Assembly: GCA_020060565.1 (NCBI GenBank)
Contig: JAGVAE010000002.1
Span: 85,036 to 149,035, forward strand
DNA length: 64,000 nt
Source: Candidatus Woesebacteria bacterium
Lineage (GTDB): Bacteria; Patescibacteriota; Microgenomatia; UBA8517
Direction of reading: 5' to 3'
Below, one piece after another: positions 17,012 to 26,392 of this stretch. The position numbers were made by a program, and so were the translations under genes. Position 1 is the stretch's first letter, and each line of letters starts with the position of its first letter. A model generated the notes under the pieces. The model was given only the letters and a program-made list of their open reading frames with translations. It had not been told where the DNA came from and made no database searches.

Positions 17012-19501
17012 ATGTTCAAAAAACTTGCCCTCATGTTTTTTTTATTTCTAATATCTTTGGGGGCGTATCTAATTGTTTTATCTCCAACTAAGGCTGCTGA
17101 TGAAAAACCCTTTCCTAAGATTTGGCTTCCTTGTGATGAAGATAGAAATATTGAATTTCATTCCTTAAGACCTTATCAAGCCGCTCCATGTGGAGAAGCC
17201 AATAAAGCTCTCTATTGCAGTAATGACCTAATTTTTAACGAGTCTTTTGACATGGAAGGTAAAAAAGATTGCACTATGAAGTTAAGGGGCCCGGGTGAAA
17301 TAACTTTTACTTGTTATCCAGATCATCATGTTTACCCACACACACTCTATGTAAAACTTGACAATTCAGATTTTCCGATTATGGGTAACACTGAAGATGT
17401 TAAAAACAGTAAAAACTCTTCGGAAACATTGGATGATGCAGCAAAAGTTAATGAATATGTGAGCTGGTATCTAAGCGGTGTTAATACAAGGGCTGAGTAT
17501 GGAACTCCAACTGAAGATCAAGTTGTAAACTATTCAGGGCCAGTTCAAAAACTTTTACCAAGTATTATCGCTGATGCTCAAAGATCTACTGTAATAAAAA
17601 ATGTTCTTGACAATAAATCTACTAACCACAATCAAACAGTAGTGTGTGCAACAAAACCAGTTCAACTTCTTCCCTCCTGGCTAACCAACATTTTCGATCT
17701 TCCTGCTGTGGGAATTGGTACAGCCAAAGCCGTCCCTTGCTATGATGGTGGTGGTTCAATTTATAAGCTTAAAAATTGGGATCAATCTTTTATTGGTGTC
17801 GCAAAGGATCTAATTAAACCCTATCTAGATAAAATACTCTCTGTTAATTATGCCACATCTTTTATTAGTAGTGCCCTTGTTGATAGATGGAATAAAAAAA
17901 TTCCACCCCTTCCTTGGGATGATGGAACAGGAAAACCGTTTGAAACTAGTGATAAATATCAAAAAGCCTACAATGAATGGCGGGGAGATTTATGCGCTTT
18001 CTTACCAAATCCTTTTAGCAGTAAAGAATATTTGGCTTGTGTGAAAATTCCTGGTGTTACCAACAATGAATTTGCAGACCTTTTCCAATATGTTCCCCTT
18101 GCAGAGACTCCAGACAAAGCAGGGTCTGAAAGCATTATTGGGGTTTCTATTGAACCAGATGGAGGAACAAAGGTGAATGTAGTTAACTGGGGCAAAAAAG
18201 TGGATCCACCATTATTTTTTGCTCATACAGAAGAAGTAAAACAACTTTCCGAAACTTTAAATAAAACCTATATGCCCAAAGATGTTCAGAGTGTTCCTGT
18301 TCCCGAGTCTACCGAAAAAAATGTTTGCAGTGTAGTAAATGTGCGTGCAAATGCGGGGGATAATTTATTTCCAGGAGATGAAGATGAACTTCAGCTTCAA
18401 AATGTTGAGTACTACATTACAGAAGCCACCTGTCATGAAGTCTGGACCAGGAGGGAATGGGAAGATGAGTTTGGTAAAAAACATTTTGACGATAACCACA
18501 CTATCGAATGTCCCGCCGAAGTGACAATAACCATAAAAACAAACACAATGACGCCAAGTGCTAATGAAATTTTCTCAACCACAGTTGCCGATTCAATGAG
18601 TACCTTTAGAAAAATTTATCCAAAAGTTGAAGCTGGAGCTCCTGTCAGTTGTATTGCTGACATACCAACTGTTACTAATGTTGACTATGACCCCCTTATT
18701 AATAAAAGACCTGGAAGTCAAAGTCCTAACGAAGGAGCTTTATCTTTTAGGGTTGATAACAAACCATCAGATGGTGGAAATGCAACACCACAACTAACCT
18801 TTCCCCACATAGGAAGTGTCTATGAATACTTTTTAAAAGGAATCCAAACAGCCCTTCGTCCGCAGGGCTATGCAGATCCAAACCCAATAAGTGGAAATTT
18901 ATGTCAAACCACCAGTCAAGCAAATCTGGGAGATATCTGTGCGGTAGCAGATGCTTATGGTATTCCTTGTTGTCAATTAAAAGGTATCGCTGCACTTGAA
19001 ACAGGTAGTGGTGCTGGTGTTGGTAATGGATCGTGTAGTACTAAAAATGGAACATTTTCTTGTTGTAATGGTGGAATGTGTGGACCTTCACAGATTGCTT
19101 GTGGTCAATATGATGCATTTACTGGAAACGACAATATTGATATGTGCGATTCTGCAGGATCTGCAGAACTTTTGGCTCGTGCAATGCTTCTAAAATTGTG
19201 TCAGGCAGATGGAAAATGTAATTCGTATGACTGGAATACGTGGGGAAATTATGTAAAAGAAAATTACAGTGTTGGAGACGGTGACTATACAGCAGCTGCA
19301 TATTTTTACGGACTAGCCAATGACTGCACAGTTACTGCTTGTTCACAATACAGATGGGGAGCTGGAAAAAGTTATTGTGATGCTGTAAAAAGCTACTGTG
19401 AAACTGGTTCCATACTTACTTCCAATACATCTAAACAGTTTTGTGATAAATGTAATGAAGAAATTATAAGGGCTGGCCAAACCCCAATCAATTGTAATTA
19501 A
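17012..19501 (+). CDS. large secreted Cys-rich protein with C-terminal lytic-transglycosylase-like domain
   Basis: Signal peptide from ATG 17012; C-terminal AVADAYGIP...LKGIAALETG...CGPSQI...AAAYFYG resembles SLT motifs. Confidence 0.65.
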   Translation: MFKKLALMFFLFLISLGAYLIVLSPTKAADEKPFPKIWLPCDEDRNIEFHSLRPYQAAPCGEANKALYCSNDLIFNESFDMEGKKDCTMKLRGPGEITFTCYPDHHVYPHTLYVKLDNSDFPIMGNTEDVKNSKNSSETLDDAAKVNEYVSWYLSGVNTRAEYGTPTEDQVVNYSGPVQKLLPSIIADAQRSTVIKNVLDNKSTNHNQTVVCATKPVQLLPSWLTNIFDLPAVGIGTAKAVPCYDGGGSIYKLKNWDQSFIGVAKDLIKPYLDKILSVNYATSFISSALVDRWNKKIPPLPWDDGTGKPFETSDKYQKAYNEWRGDLCAFLPNPFSSKEYLACVKIPGVTNNEFADLFQYVPLAETPDKAGSESIIGVSIEPDGGTKVNVVNWGKKVDPPLFFAHTEEVKQLSETLNKTYMPKDVQSVPVPESTEKNVCSVVNVRANAGDNLFPGDEDELQLQNVEYYITEATCHEVWTRREWEDEFGKKHFDDNHTIECPAEVTITIKTNTMTPSANEIFSTTVADSMSTFRKIYPKVEAGAPVSCIADIPTVTNVDYDPLINKRPGSQSPNEGALSFRVDNKPSDGGNATPQLTFPHIGSVYEYFLKGIQTALRPQGYADPNPISGNLCQTTSQANLGDICAVADAYGIPCCQLKGIAALETGSGAGVGNGSCSTKNGTFSCCNGGMCGPSQIACGQYDAFTGNDNIDMCDSAGSAELLARAMLLKLCQADGKCNSYDWNTWGNYVKENYSVGDGDYTAAAYFYGLANDCTVTACSQYRWGAGKSYCDAVKSYCETGSILTSNTSKQFCDKCNEEIIRAGQTPINCN

Positions 19502-19545
19502 CAAAACCCCTTTGATTTTTTATCTCAAAGCTATAGAATAACTTA

Positions 19546-21150
19546 ATGTCTATCCTGCTCAAAAAAGTTCTGTTATCTTTTCTTTCCTTTTTTGTATTAT
19601 TCTTTTCTGTTGCTCCAAATTTTGCAATTGCCAAGGCCCAATCTACAACTTGGTACAATCAAGACTTCAAAACCTGGTTTGGAAAAGTATCGGACGAAGG
19701 TAACCCGCAAGAGATTTTTGGAGAACGCTATACATCTGCTCAAGTTGAATGGGTCATATATGGGGTATTTGCCTTCTTTATAAATCACGTTACTCCTCCA
19801 GGAACCGCAGGTACTTGTATTAATGGTGATATCACGGGTTGTATCGGTGCAATTAGTGCTTATTTCAGTTCAATATCCTATGAAGATAAAACGAACGAGA
19901 GCCTCGCACAACTTGTTTTTGCAGATCGCCCCCTTTCAGGAATTTCATATGTCAAACATACTATACAGAAATTTGGTTCAGTGCCTACTGCTCATGCACA
20001 AAGCCCTGGTTTTGGCTTCTCGGCACTTTCTGGTCCTATTCAGGATATGTGGAATGGTTTTAGAAATATAGCTTTTGGATTGTTTGTTCTTGCAACTGTT
20101 GCTTTTGCTTTTATGATTATGTTTCGAGTTAAAATTTCTCCACAAGTTGTTATTACTGTTCAATCTGCAATTCCAAAAATTGTTATTTCATTGATCCTCG
20201 TTACTTTTTCCTATGCAATCGCAGGTTTTTTAATTGATCTTATGTACTTGGTTATTGGTTTTATCAGTTTGATCATGGCCCCATTAATACCAAATGTATT
20301 ACTGTTAAATTCAGTCAATTACAATGCCACAGATTTATTTAAACTTCTAACGGTAGGCCAGACAATTGGGATTGGAACTGGTGGTTTCAATGGAATTTTA
20401 CTTCTTTTAGGAATGTATCTTACTCCTTTATTTTTAATCCTTCTCGTTTTCGCTGCACTTTTTCTTGCTATTGCATTTATACCAGGTGCTCAAGTGTTCG
20501 GGGTCGTATTAATGTTATTAACTCTAATTATTATGTTGGTTATTGTTGTATTGGCAATGTGGATGTCTATTAAAATAATGTGGGCACTTTTCAAAGCCTT
20601 TGCAAACATCGTCCTTCTTACCATCTTTGCTCCAATACAGCTTGTTGCGGGGGTAATTGTGCCCAATTTTGGCTTTGGTCAGTGGGTAAGAAGTTATTTA
20701 TCACACCTTGCGGTTTTTGTAGTAACGGGTGTTTTGTGGCTACTTTCTTACATTTTTATGTTGCATGCTTGGGCAGGTATTGGCGATGGCTCCTCTTTAA
20801 CCCTTGCTGGCTCAAACGTAAGTCCCTGGCCACCCCTTCTGAATGTTGGTGGTGGAACATTCTTTATTTTTACTGGGGTTAGTTTTGTGCTTTTTACAAT
20901 GATTCCAAAAGCAACCGAACTAGTACAATCACTTCTTGCAGGTAAGCCATTTGCGTACGGAAGTGCAATTGGTGAAGCCTTTGGACCAGTCACAAAAGGT
21001 GTGGGAATAGGAACTGGGTTTGGAGCAACTTACTTGTCAGAGTTGGGTGAAAGTCAGTTAAGATCAGGTAGCGAAGCAGTAAGAAAACAAGGTAAAAGTA
21101 ATTTAACGAAAGGTTCTGCCTTAAAAGTTATGCAGGGGTTTTTTAGATAA
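19546..21150 (+). CDS. VirB6/TrbL-like polytopic membrane protein
   Basis: Signal peptide; WNGFRNIA...FMIMFR...IPKIVISLILVTFSYAIAGFLID...IVLLTIFAPI...QWVR; many TM helices. Confidence 0.7.
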   Translation: MSILLKKVLLSFLSFFVLFFSVAPNFAIAKAQSTTWYNQDFKTWFGKVSDEGNPQEIFGERYTSAQVEWVIYGVFAFFINHVTPPGTAGTCINGDITGCIGAISAYFSSISYEDKTNESLAQLVFADRPLSGISYVKHTIQKFGSVPTAHAQSPGFGFSALSGPIQDMWNGFRNIAFGLFVLATVAFAFMIMFRVKISPQVVITVQSAIPKIVISLILVTFSYAIAGFLIDLMYLVIGFISLIMAPLIPNVLLLNSVNYNATDLFKLLTVGQTIGIGTGGFNGILLLLGMYLTPLFLILLVFAALFLAIAFIPGAQVFGVVLMLLTLIIMLVIVVLAMWMSIKIMWALFKAFANIVLLTIFAPIQLVAGVIVPNFGFGQWVRSYLSHLAVFVVTGVLWLLSYIFMLHAWAGIGDGSSLTLAGSNVSPWPPLLNVGGGTFFIFTGVSFVLFTMIPKATELVQSLLAGKPFAYGSAIGEAFGPVTKGVGIGTGFGATYLSELGESQLRSGSEAVRKQGKSNLTKGSALKVMQGFFR

Positions 21151-21166
21151 TTAAAAACAAGAGTTA

Positions 21167-23116
21167 TTAATCTGTAGAATTTACAGCCATTCGAATAAAA
21201 GCACCTATCTGATTATTTAATAAGGCTTTTTCTTCTTCTGTCTCAGATTTGGCAAAGTTAATACTTTTTGATGTATCAAGAATTTTCTTATCAAGATATC
21301 CCACACTCGCCGCCGTTTCAATTATTGCTTGTCGTTCTGTAGAAATTGTAGCCTGAACCGCTGACAAAAAAGCAATCGCCTTCCATTTGTTTTTTTCTTT
21401 TTTAACATATTTCTTTAATAAAGCATCTTCGGCTTCAATTCTCAGTTGATCATTGGGTAACTTGTTACCACCTGTCTGCATCTTGTCCATCAAAGTGTCT
21501 ATTTCAGTCAAATGATCACTAAACCACTTTTCATATTTCCCTTCTGTTATTATCCAATCTCTGCAAACTATATGGATTGATTTTTCAACCCCTTCCCAAT
21601 ACACAGGATCAAGACCATTTTCTCTATTTTTTCCCTTGGTTAATTCACCATTCATTGCCAAGTAGGCTCCCGTATCTTCCCTTAAGGAAAACAGTGCTCT
21701 TATTAAATAAGCTCTATATCCCCAATCTGCCGTATGGTCCTCATCTTTAAATATCTCCCCTAAAGTTTTACCTTCAACAAACAATTCCATTGCTGAACGT
21801 GTTTTACTCTTTGATTCGGGAAAGTTTCTGTCCCTAACGGGAACCGTTCTTAAAAAATCGACCATTATATGCTCTGGTGCAAAATTGGCCCAAGCAAAAG
21901 GACCTTCATAATACGAGTTCTGTCTGTTGTAGACAGTATTATCGCGAGGCCTTGTTAAATCGGTCATTGCATCCGACCATGGATAGTCTTCAGCATTTAC
22001 CTGAATCGCTCTATCACCATCCGTTTTTGTAGCTCTTGTACCATACATCGCAGCCAATCCAAAAAACCTAAATGTTTTTTCTGCAAAATTTACAGCAATT
22101 TGTGACTGCATTTTCATTGATGAATGGTTTTTAAATTTTCCCTCACTCATCAGGTCTTGAACCGCTTCAAGTGTGGCCTTAACACTTCCTCCATTGCTCG
22201 AATCTGCAAACTTATTAAATGCGGGAATCGAATCTAAAACCGCCTTATCTTCAGCAGTTAAACTTTCGTATGATTTACCATATAAATAAGCTGCCTTGTT
22301 GTATTCATTGGGAAGGGTTTTTAATTTTAATTTATATAACCACTCATTCTCCGTTGTTTCATTTACAAAAAGTTTTTTAAACCCCTTTCCATTTCTAAAC
22401 CAATCTAAATCGGTTTTCCATCTGGGATCAGATTGTAATGCCAAATACGTAAAGGCCCTTATACCAATGTCCACTTGTTCAGAAACACTCTTCCATTCTC
22501 TATCACCTTCTATAAAACCAGGCATTTCTCCGTATACTCTTGCAAAAAATTCGGGAGGCATATATTCAGGTAACTCTCCGTAAACCAGCTGAAAAATTTT
22601 CCCTGAAGGAGCAAGTTTTTTATAGAAAGCAAACCATTGATCAAAAAGTTTATCAACATCTTGAATTATCGTTAATGACTGTTCTATCCCTTTTTGTTTT
22701 TCTACCTGTTCCTGGGTTTTTTTTGAACCCCCGCTCAGTTCATTTAAGGCATCGCTTCCACCAGCTGCTCTTAGTGCTATTGATTCTCTAAGAGATTTAG
22801 CTGGCCATTCGTCGTTATAATTTACAATTCTATCCATAATGAAATATGTCCAGTATTTTCTTTCCTGTTCCGTGGGGGCTTTAGTTATTTTTTCTACTAT
22901 TCCTTCACCAAACATTCCAGACATTATCTGGGCTAATATTTCGGGGTTCATCTTAAAGTCACCAGCATCAGGAGATAAATCGACGGGATTAGTAACAGCT
23001 TTTACCGAATCAGGGGCTCCTTCCATATGAGGACCAACTTGTCCCAAGTGGCGCATATAATCTATTGAAGAACCCTGAGGGCTTGGTTGTTCTGGCGATG
23101 TTGGTCCATCAGACAT
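21167..23116 (-). CDS. large soluble hypothetical protein
   Basis: Long ORF; TACAAT 6 nt upstream of ATG 23116; no recognised motif. Confidence 0.7.
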   Translation of the reverse strand: MSDGPTSPEQPSPQGSSIDYMRHLGQVGPHMEGAPDSVKAVTNPVDLSPDAGDFKMNPEILAQIMSGMFGEGIVEKITKAPTEQERKYWTYFIMDRIVNYNDEWPAKSLRESIALRAAGGSDALNELSGGSKKTQEQVEKQKGIEQSLTIIQDVDKLFDQWFAFYKKLAPSGKIFQLVYGELPEYMPPEFFARVYGEMPGFIEGDREWKSVSEQVDIGIRAFTYLALQSDPRWKTDLDWFRNGKGFKKLFVNETTENEWLYKLKLKTLPNEYNKAAYLYGKSYESLTAEDKAVLDSIPAFNKFADSSNGGSVKATLEAVQDLMSEGKFKNHSSMKMQSQIAVNFAEKTFRFFGLAAMYGTRATKTDGDRAIQVNAEDYPWSDAMTDLTRPRDNTVYNRQNSYYEGPFAWANFAPEHIMVDFLRTVPVRDRNFPESKSKTRSAMELFVEGKTLGEIFKDEDHTADWGYRAYLIRALFSLREDTGAYLAMNGELTKGKNRENGLDPVYWEGVEKSIHIVCRDWIITEGKYEKWFSDHLTEIDTLMDKMQTGGNKLPNDQLRIEAEDALLKKYVKKEKNKWKAIAFLSAVQATISTERQAIIETAASVGYLDKKILDTSKSINFAKSETEEEKALLNNQIGAFIRMAVNSTD

Positions 23117-23204
23117 ATTCAAATTGTAGCACGGAGTAGGGTAAAACAACAAACCGTCCCATAGCTTGACTTTGTGGCTAAGTGAGTATACACTCGCGGA
23201 CAAG

Positions 23205-23885
23205 ATGGAATTTGACAAAATTAAAACCGCTGTTGCAAATTTTTTTGACCGGAATGAAAAATTAGCCATACAACAAAGGATGGTGGATCAGACTTTTCAA
23301 AAAAGCCGTTCGAGTGAAGAAAAGCTAGAACTAGATCAATGTCTATACGCAGAGAAAAACATTCCGATTATAAAAGCGAGACTTGACGAGCTTATTAAAA
23401 ATATCAACACTTCTGTTTTCGACAATAAGGGCTCTGTAATACCATGGAAAGTAACTATTGGTAAAAGCCCTCGTTCACATAATGAGGGAGGGAACTCTAT
23501 ATATGAATATGGGGAAGGATACGGTATTGTTGGTGGCCACGATGTTTTTGATGGTTGGTTTCTCACCAGAGAGCAGGACACTGAACTCAAAGTTGGCAGC
23601 CTATTCCAATTACAAATCAAGTTAATTTTTCCACTTACCGAAACAAACACTGCAGGTCAAATTAATAGACACTCCAATAAATATTTTTCCATTTTTGGTT
23701 TTATGTCTGGAGATTTGTTCCACAATCACGAAAGCGGAACTTTTTACAGGAGCTATAGCAGCCTTTCAATTCATAGAAATTTCTACTTAGATAATCCAAA
23801 CGAACTCGTAGCGGAATTTGGTAACAAATTAAAAGAGGAATTGTTAGGACTTAACGATTTTCAGAACCATTCTCCAAAAAATTAA
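23205..23885 (+). CDS. hypothetical protein
   Basis: ORF from ATG 23205, divergent from the previous gene; TATACA(C) just upstream. Confidence 0.6.
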   Translation: MEFDKIKTAVANFFDRNEKLAIQQRMVDQTFQKSRSSEEKLELDQCLYAEKNIPIIKARLDELIKNINTSVFDNKGSVIPWKVTIGKSPRSHNEGGNSIYEYGEGYGIVGGHDVFDGWFLTREQDTELKVGSLFQLQIKLIFPLTETNTAGQINRHSNKYFSIFGFMSGDLFHNHESGTFYRSYSSLSIHRNFYLDNPNELVAEFGNKLKEELLGLNDFQNHSPKN

Positions 23886-23943
23886 CAAGAAATGAAGGGT
23901 TTGTACTTGTGAAAAGGGGTGTCCATTGCAATAAAACAGTAAG

Positions 23944-24341
23944 CTATTTGAATATATCTTTCCCCAATTCTTTGGCTTGATCAAGAAAAAAATCTTCCAT
24001 CTTTTTTCTATCCTGTTAAACGGATAATAATTAAAATCCACTTTTAGCTCCCCATCTGGAAAAAATAATGTATACGTATGAAGCCCTAAAAATTGGCGGT
24101 GAATAATTTTCTTAACGAACATTTTACTACCAACAATACCAATAAACTTGTTTATGCTAGGTAAATGAATTTCTTGGTTTTCTGAAAACAGATCAATATC
24201 GTGAGACTCTCTATGTTTTAAGTAAAATTCTGAAAGAACGGTTCCACCTGTCAAATAAAACCGTTTTAATAAATAGGGTTCTTTTAGGACAAATTCGAGA
24301 AATTCTTGCTGATGCTTATCGAGGATGGTTTTGTTCCCCAT
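23944..24341 (-). pseudogene. AbiEii-like nucleotidyltransferase toxin, apparently internally deleted and frameshifted
   Basis: FYLTGGTVLSEFYLKHRESHDIDLF...LKVDFNYYPF; the helical domain with the RxxD motif is missing; a plausible native C-terminus MEDFFLDQAKELGKDIFK* follows in another frame. Confidence 0.7.
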
Positions 24342-24535
24342 ATTAGGTATTCAAAATATTCTTTGGTCTTTTCGTCAATTTTCTTATTTATATATTTCCA
24401 GGAATTTTTAACCTCTGAGAGGGAAATTTTCTCTCCATCTAAACCGTAATTTATCATTTGTGTTAGTCTCCAGAGTTTATATTCCTTGGGACTATTTTTC
24501 TTAAATTTTACCTCATCGGTGGACCAATTAATCAT
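24284..24535 (-). CDS. small putative antitoxin partner of the AbiEii-like gene
   Basis: 83 aa, NWSTD...WRLTQMINYGLDGEK, overlaps the toxin start; TATAAT 5 nt upstream. Confidence 0.65.
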   Translation of the reverse strand: MINWSTDEVKFKKNSPKEYKLWRLTQMINYGLDGEKISLSEVKNSWKYINKKIDEKTKEYFEYLIWGTKPSSISISKNFSNLS

Positions 24536-24633
24536 GACTAATTATATCATTTTTGCTGTGAAAAGGGATTCTTATTGCACAAGTTGCTTCACGTTGTAAT
24601 CTTAACCTAGAGTAGACAACTTCTACTGCCCAT

Positions 24634-25674
24634 ATGGAACAACACGCAATACCACAAAACGTAAGTTCATATCAATTTAAGTTGGTTGGGGATATGACTC
24701 TTAAGCAGTTTTTTCAACTTGCTGGAGGAATTTTAGTTGGAGTAATTTTTTATTCTGCTCCCTTACTTGGAATTATTAAATGGCCTTTGGCAATTCTTTC
24801 TGTTCTTTTAGGGGTTGGGCTTGCTTTTCTCCCTCTTGAGGAGCGTCCCTTGGAAAAGTGGATTTTTGCTTTTTTTCGTGCAATATATGCTCCCACCCTT
24901 TTTAATTGGAAAAAGGCTTTATCTCCTCCTAAATTTTTTCAGGATGAACCAGCGGGTTCCACTCCCGAACAAGATGCTGCTCTTAAGGGTTATCTGACAA
25001 CAACCAATCAAGCCTCTGGTGCTTCTGCAAATTTGGATAAAGCTGAAATTGGTTTTTTTTCAAAGCTTGCTGGACTTTTAACAGGAACTATCAGTGTTAT
25101 TCCTTCTGCCAAACCTGCTACTCCAACTGAGGCTACTTCTCAAAAGCCAGTTGAGTTGAAAGTACCAGAAAATGCTCCAGTTAGAATTCAAACAGGTGCA
25201 TCACATTTAGTGGTTGAGGAAAAACCAAAGATTGCTACTGTCCAAAACCAAGTCACTGTTAATGCTGTTGCCCCAATTGTAGCGGGAGATGAAATGATTT
25301 CTACAAAACAGGCAATTTTTTCAGTTGATGCAGCCCCACCCAATCCCCCAACTATACCCAATGTGGTTGTGGGACAAGTGGTTGATCAAGACAGAAAAAT
25401 TATTGAGGGGGCAATAATGGAAATACGAGACTCAATGGGAAGACCAATAAGAGCCTTAAGGAGTAATCGTGTGGGACATTTTCTTACAGTCACACAGCTT
25501 GATAATGGACACTACGAAATAATTACAGATAAAGATGGTTATGAGTTTGTTGCGGTTTCTTTTGATGCAAATGGTGCCTTGATTCCTCCAATTTTAGTTC
25601 AAGGAAAAAGATTGGGACCAGTGGTTGAGGATATTCCCGTTGGAATTGTTAAACCAGCCTATTCAATAAATTAA
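24634..25674 (+). CDS. PrgI-family (VirB3-like) protein with C-terminal beta-sandwich
   Basis: QHAIPQNVSSYQFKLVGDMTLKQF, two TM, EERPLEKW; C-terminal GQVVDQ...IEGAIMEI...G. Confidence 0.85.
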   Translation: MEQHAIPQNVSSYQFKLVGDMTLKQFFQLAGGILVGVIFYSAPLLGIIKWPLAILSVLLGVGLAFLPLEERPLEKWIFAFFRAIYAPTLFNWKKALSPPKFFQDEPAGSTPEQDAALKGYLTTTNQASGASANLDKAEIGFFSKLAGLLTGTISVIPSAKPATPTEATSQKPVELKVPENAPVRIQTGASHLVVEEKPKIATVQNQVTVNAVAPIVAGDEMISTKQAIFSVDAAPPNPPTIPNVVVGQVVDQDRKIIEGAIMEIRDSMGRPIRALRSNRVGHFLTVTQLDNGHYEIITDKDGYEFVAVSFDANGALIPPILVQGKRLGPVVEDIPVGIVKPAYSIN

Positions 25675-25675
25675 A

Positions 25676-26392
25676 ATGAAACCAAAACTTAACAGTTTAA
25701 ATATTCCCAAGATTCCGTATTTAAGTGTTCCTGACAAACCTATTGTTTCAACCTCTCAGAACCACTTACCAATTGCGGATGTTACCAATGATGTTGTTCT
25801 TTATAAAGATGGTGGGGCTGCTCTTGTTATGGAATCTACATCACTAAACTTTGGCCTTTTAAGTGAAAAGGAGCAAGGAGCCGTCATTGCGGCCTATGCT
25901 GCAATGATTAATTCTCTTTCTTTTTCGATACAAATATTAGTTCGAACTCAAAGGAAAGATATAAGTTCATACATAAGTTATATTGATGAACAAGCTAAAA
26001 AACTAACACATCCCCTTCTTCAAAAATTAATGGCTGAGTATAAAGGATTTATCTTAGATTCTGTTAAAAAGAAAAACGTTTTAGGAAAAAGATTTTTTGT
26101 AATTCTCTATCTTTCCCCACTTGAACTTGGAGTTGGAAAATCATTGGCCGTTGTCACAAAACGAGGAGTTACACTTCCTTTTTCCAAATCCTATGTTATT
26201 AAAAAAACAAAAATAACACTTTATCCAAGACGGGATCATCTTATAAGACAAGCTGGCAGACTTGGAATTAAATTTAGACAACTTACCACCAACGAGCTTA
26301 TTGATCTTTTCTATACCGTCTATAATCCTGAACATCCAGCAGTTAAAAAAGAACCTGAAGTAATATTAGAAAGGAGAGAGTCCAGTGGATAA
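25676..26392 (+). CDS. TraC/VirB4 N-terminal-like protein
   Basis: STSQNHLPIA...SLNFGLLSEKEQ...INSLSFSIQI...RQLTTNELIDLFY; sits between PrgI and VirB4. Confidence 0.7.
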   Translation: MKPKLNSLNIPKIPYLSVPDKPIVSTSQNHLPIADVTNDVVLYKDGGAALVMESTSLNFGLLSEKEQGAVIAAYAAMINSLSFSIQILVRTQRKDISSYISYIDEQAKKLTHPLLQKLMAEYKGFILDSVKKKNVLGKRFFVILYLSPLELGVGKSLAVVTKRGVTLPFSKSYVIKKTKITLYPRRDHLIRQAGRLGIKFRQLTTNELIDLFYTVYNPEHPAVKKEPEVILERRESSG

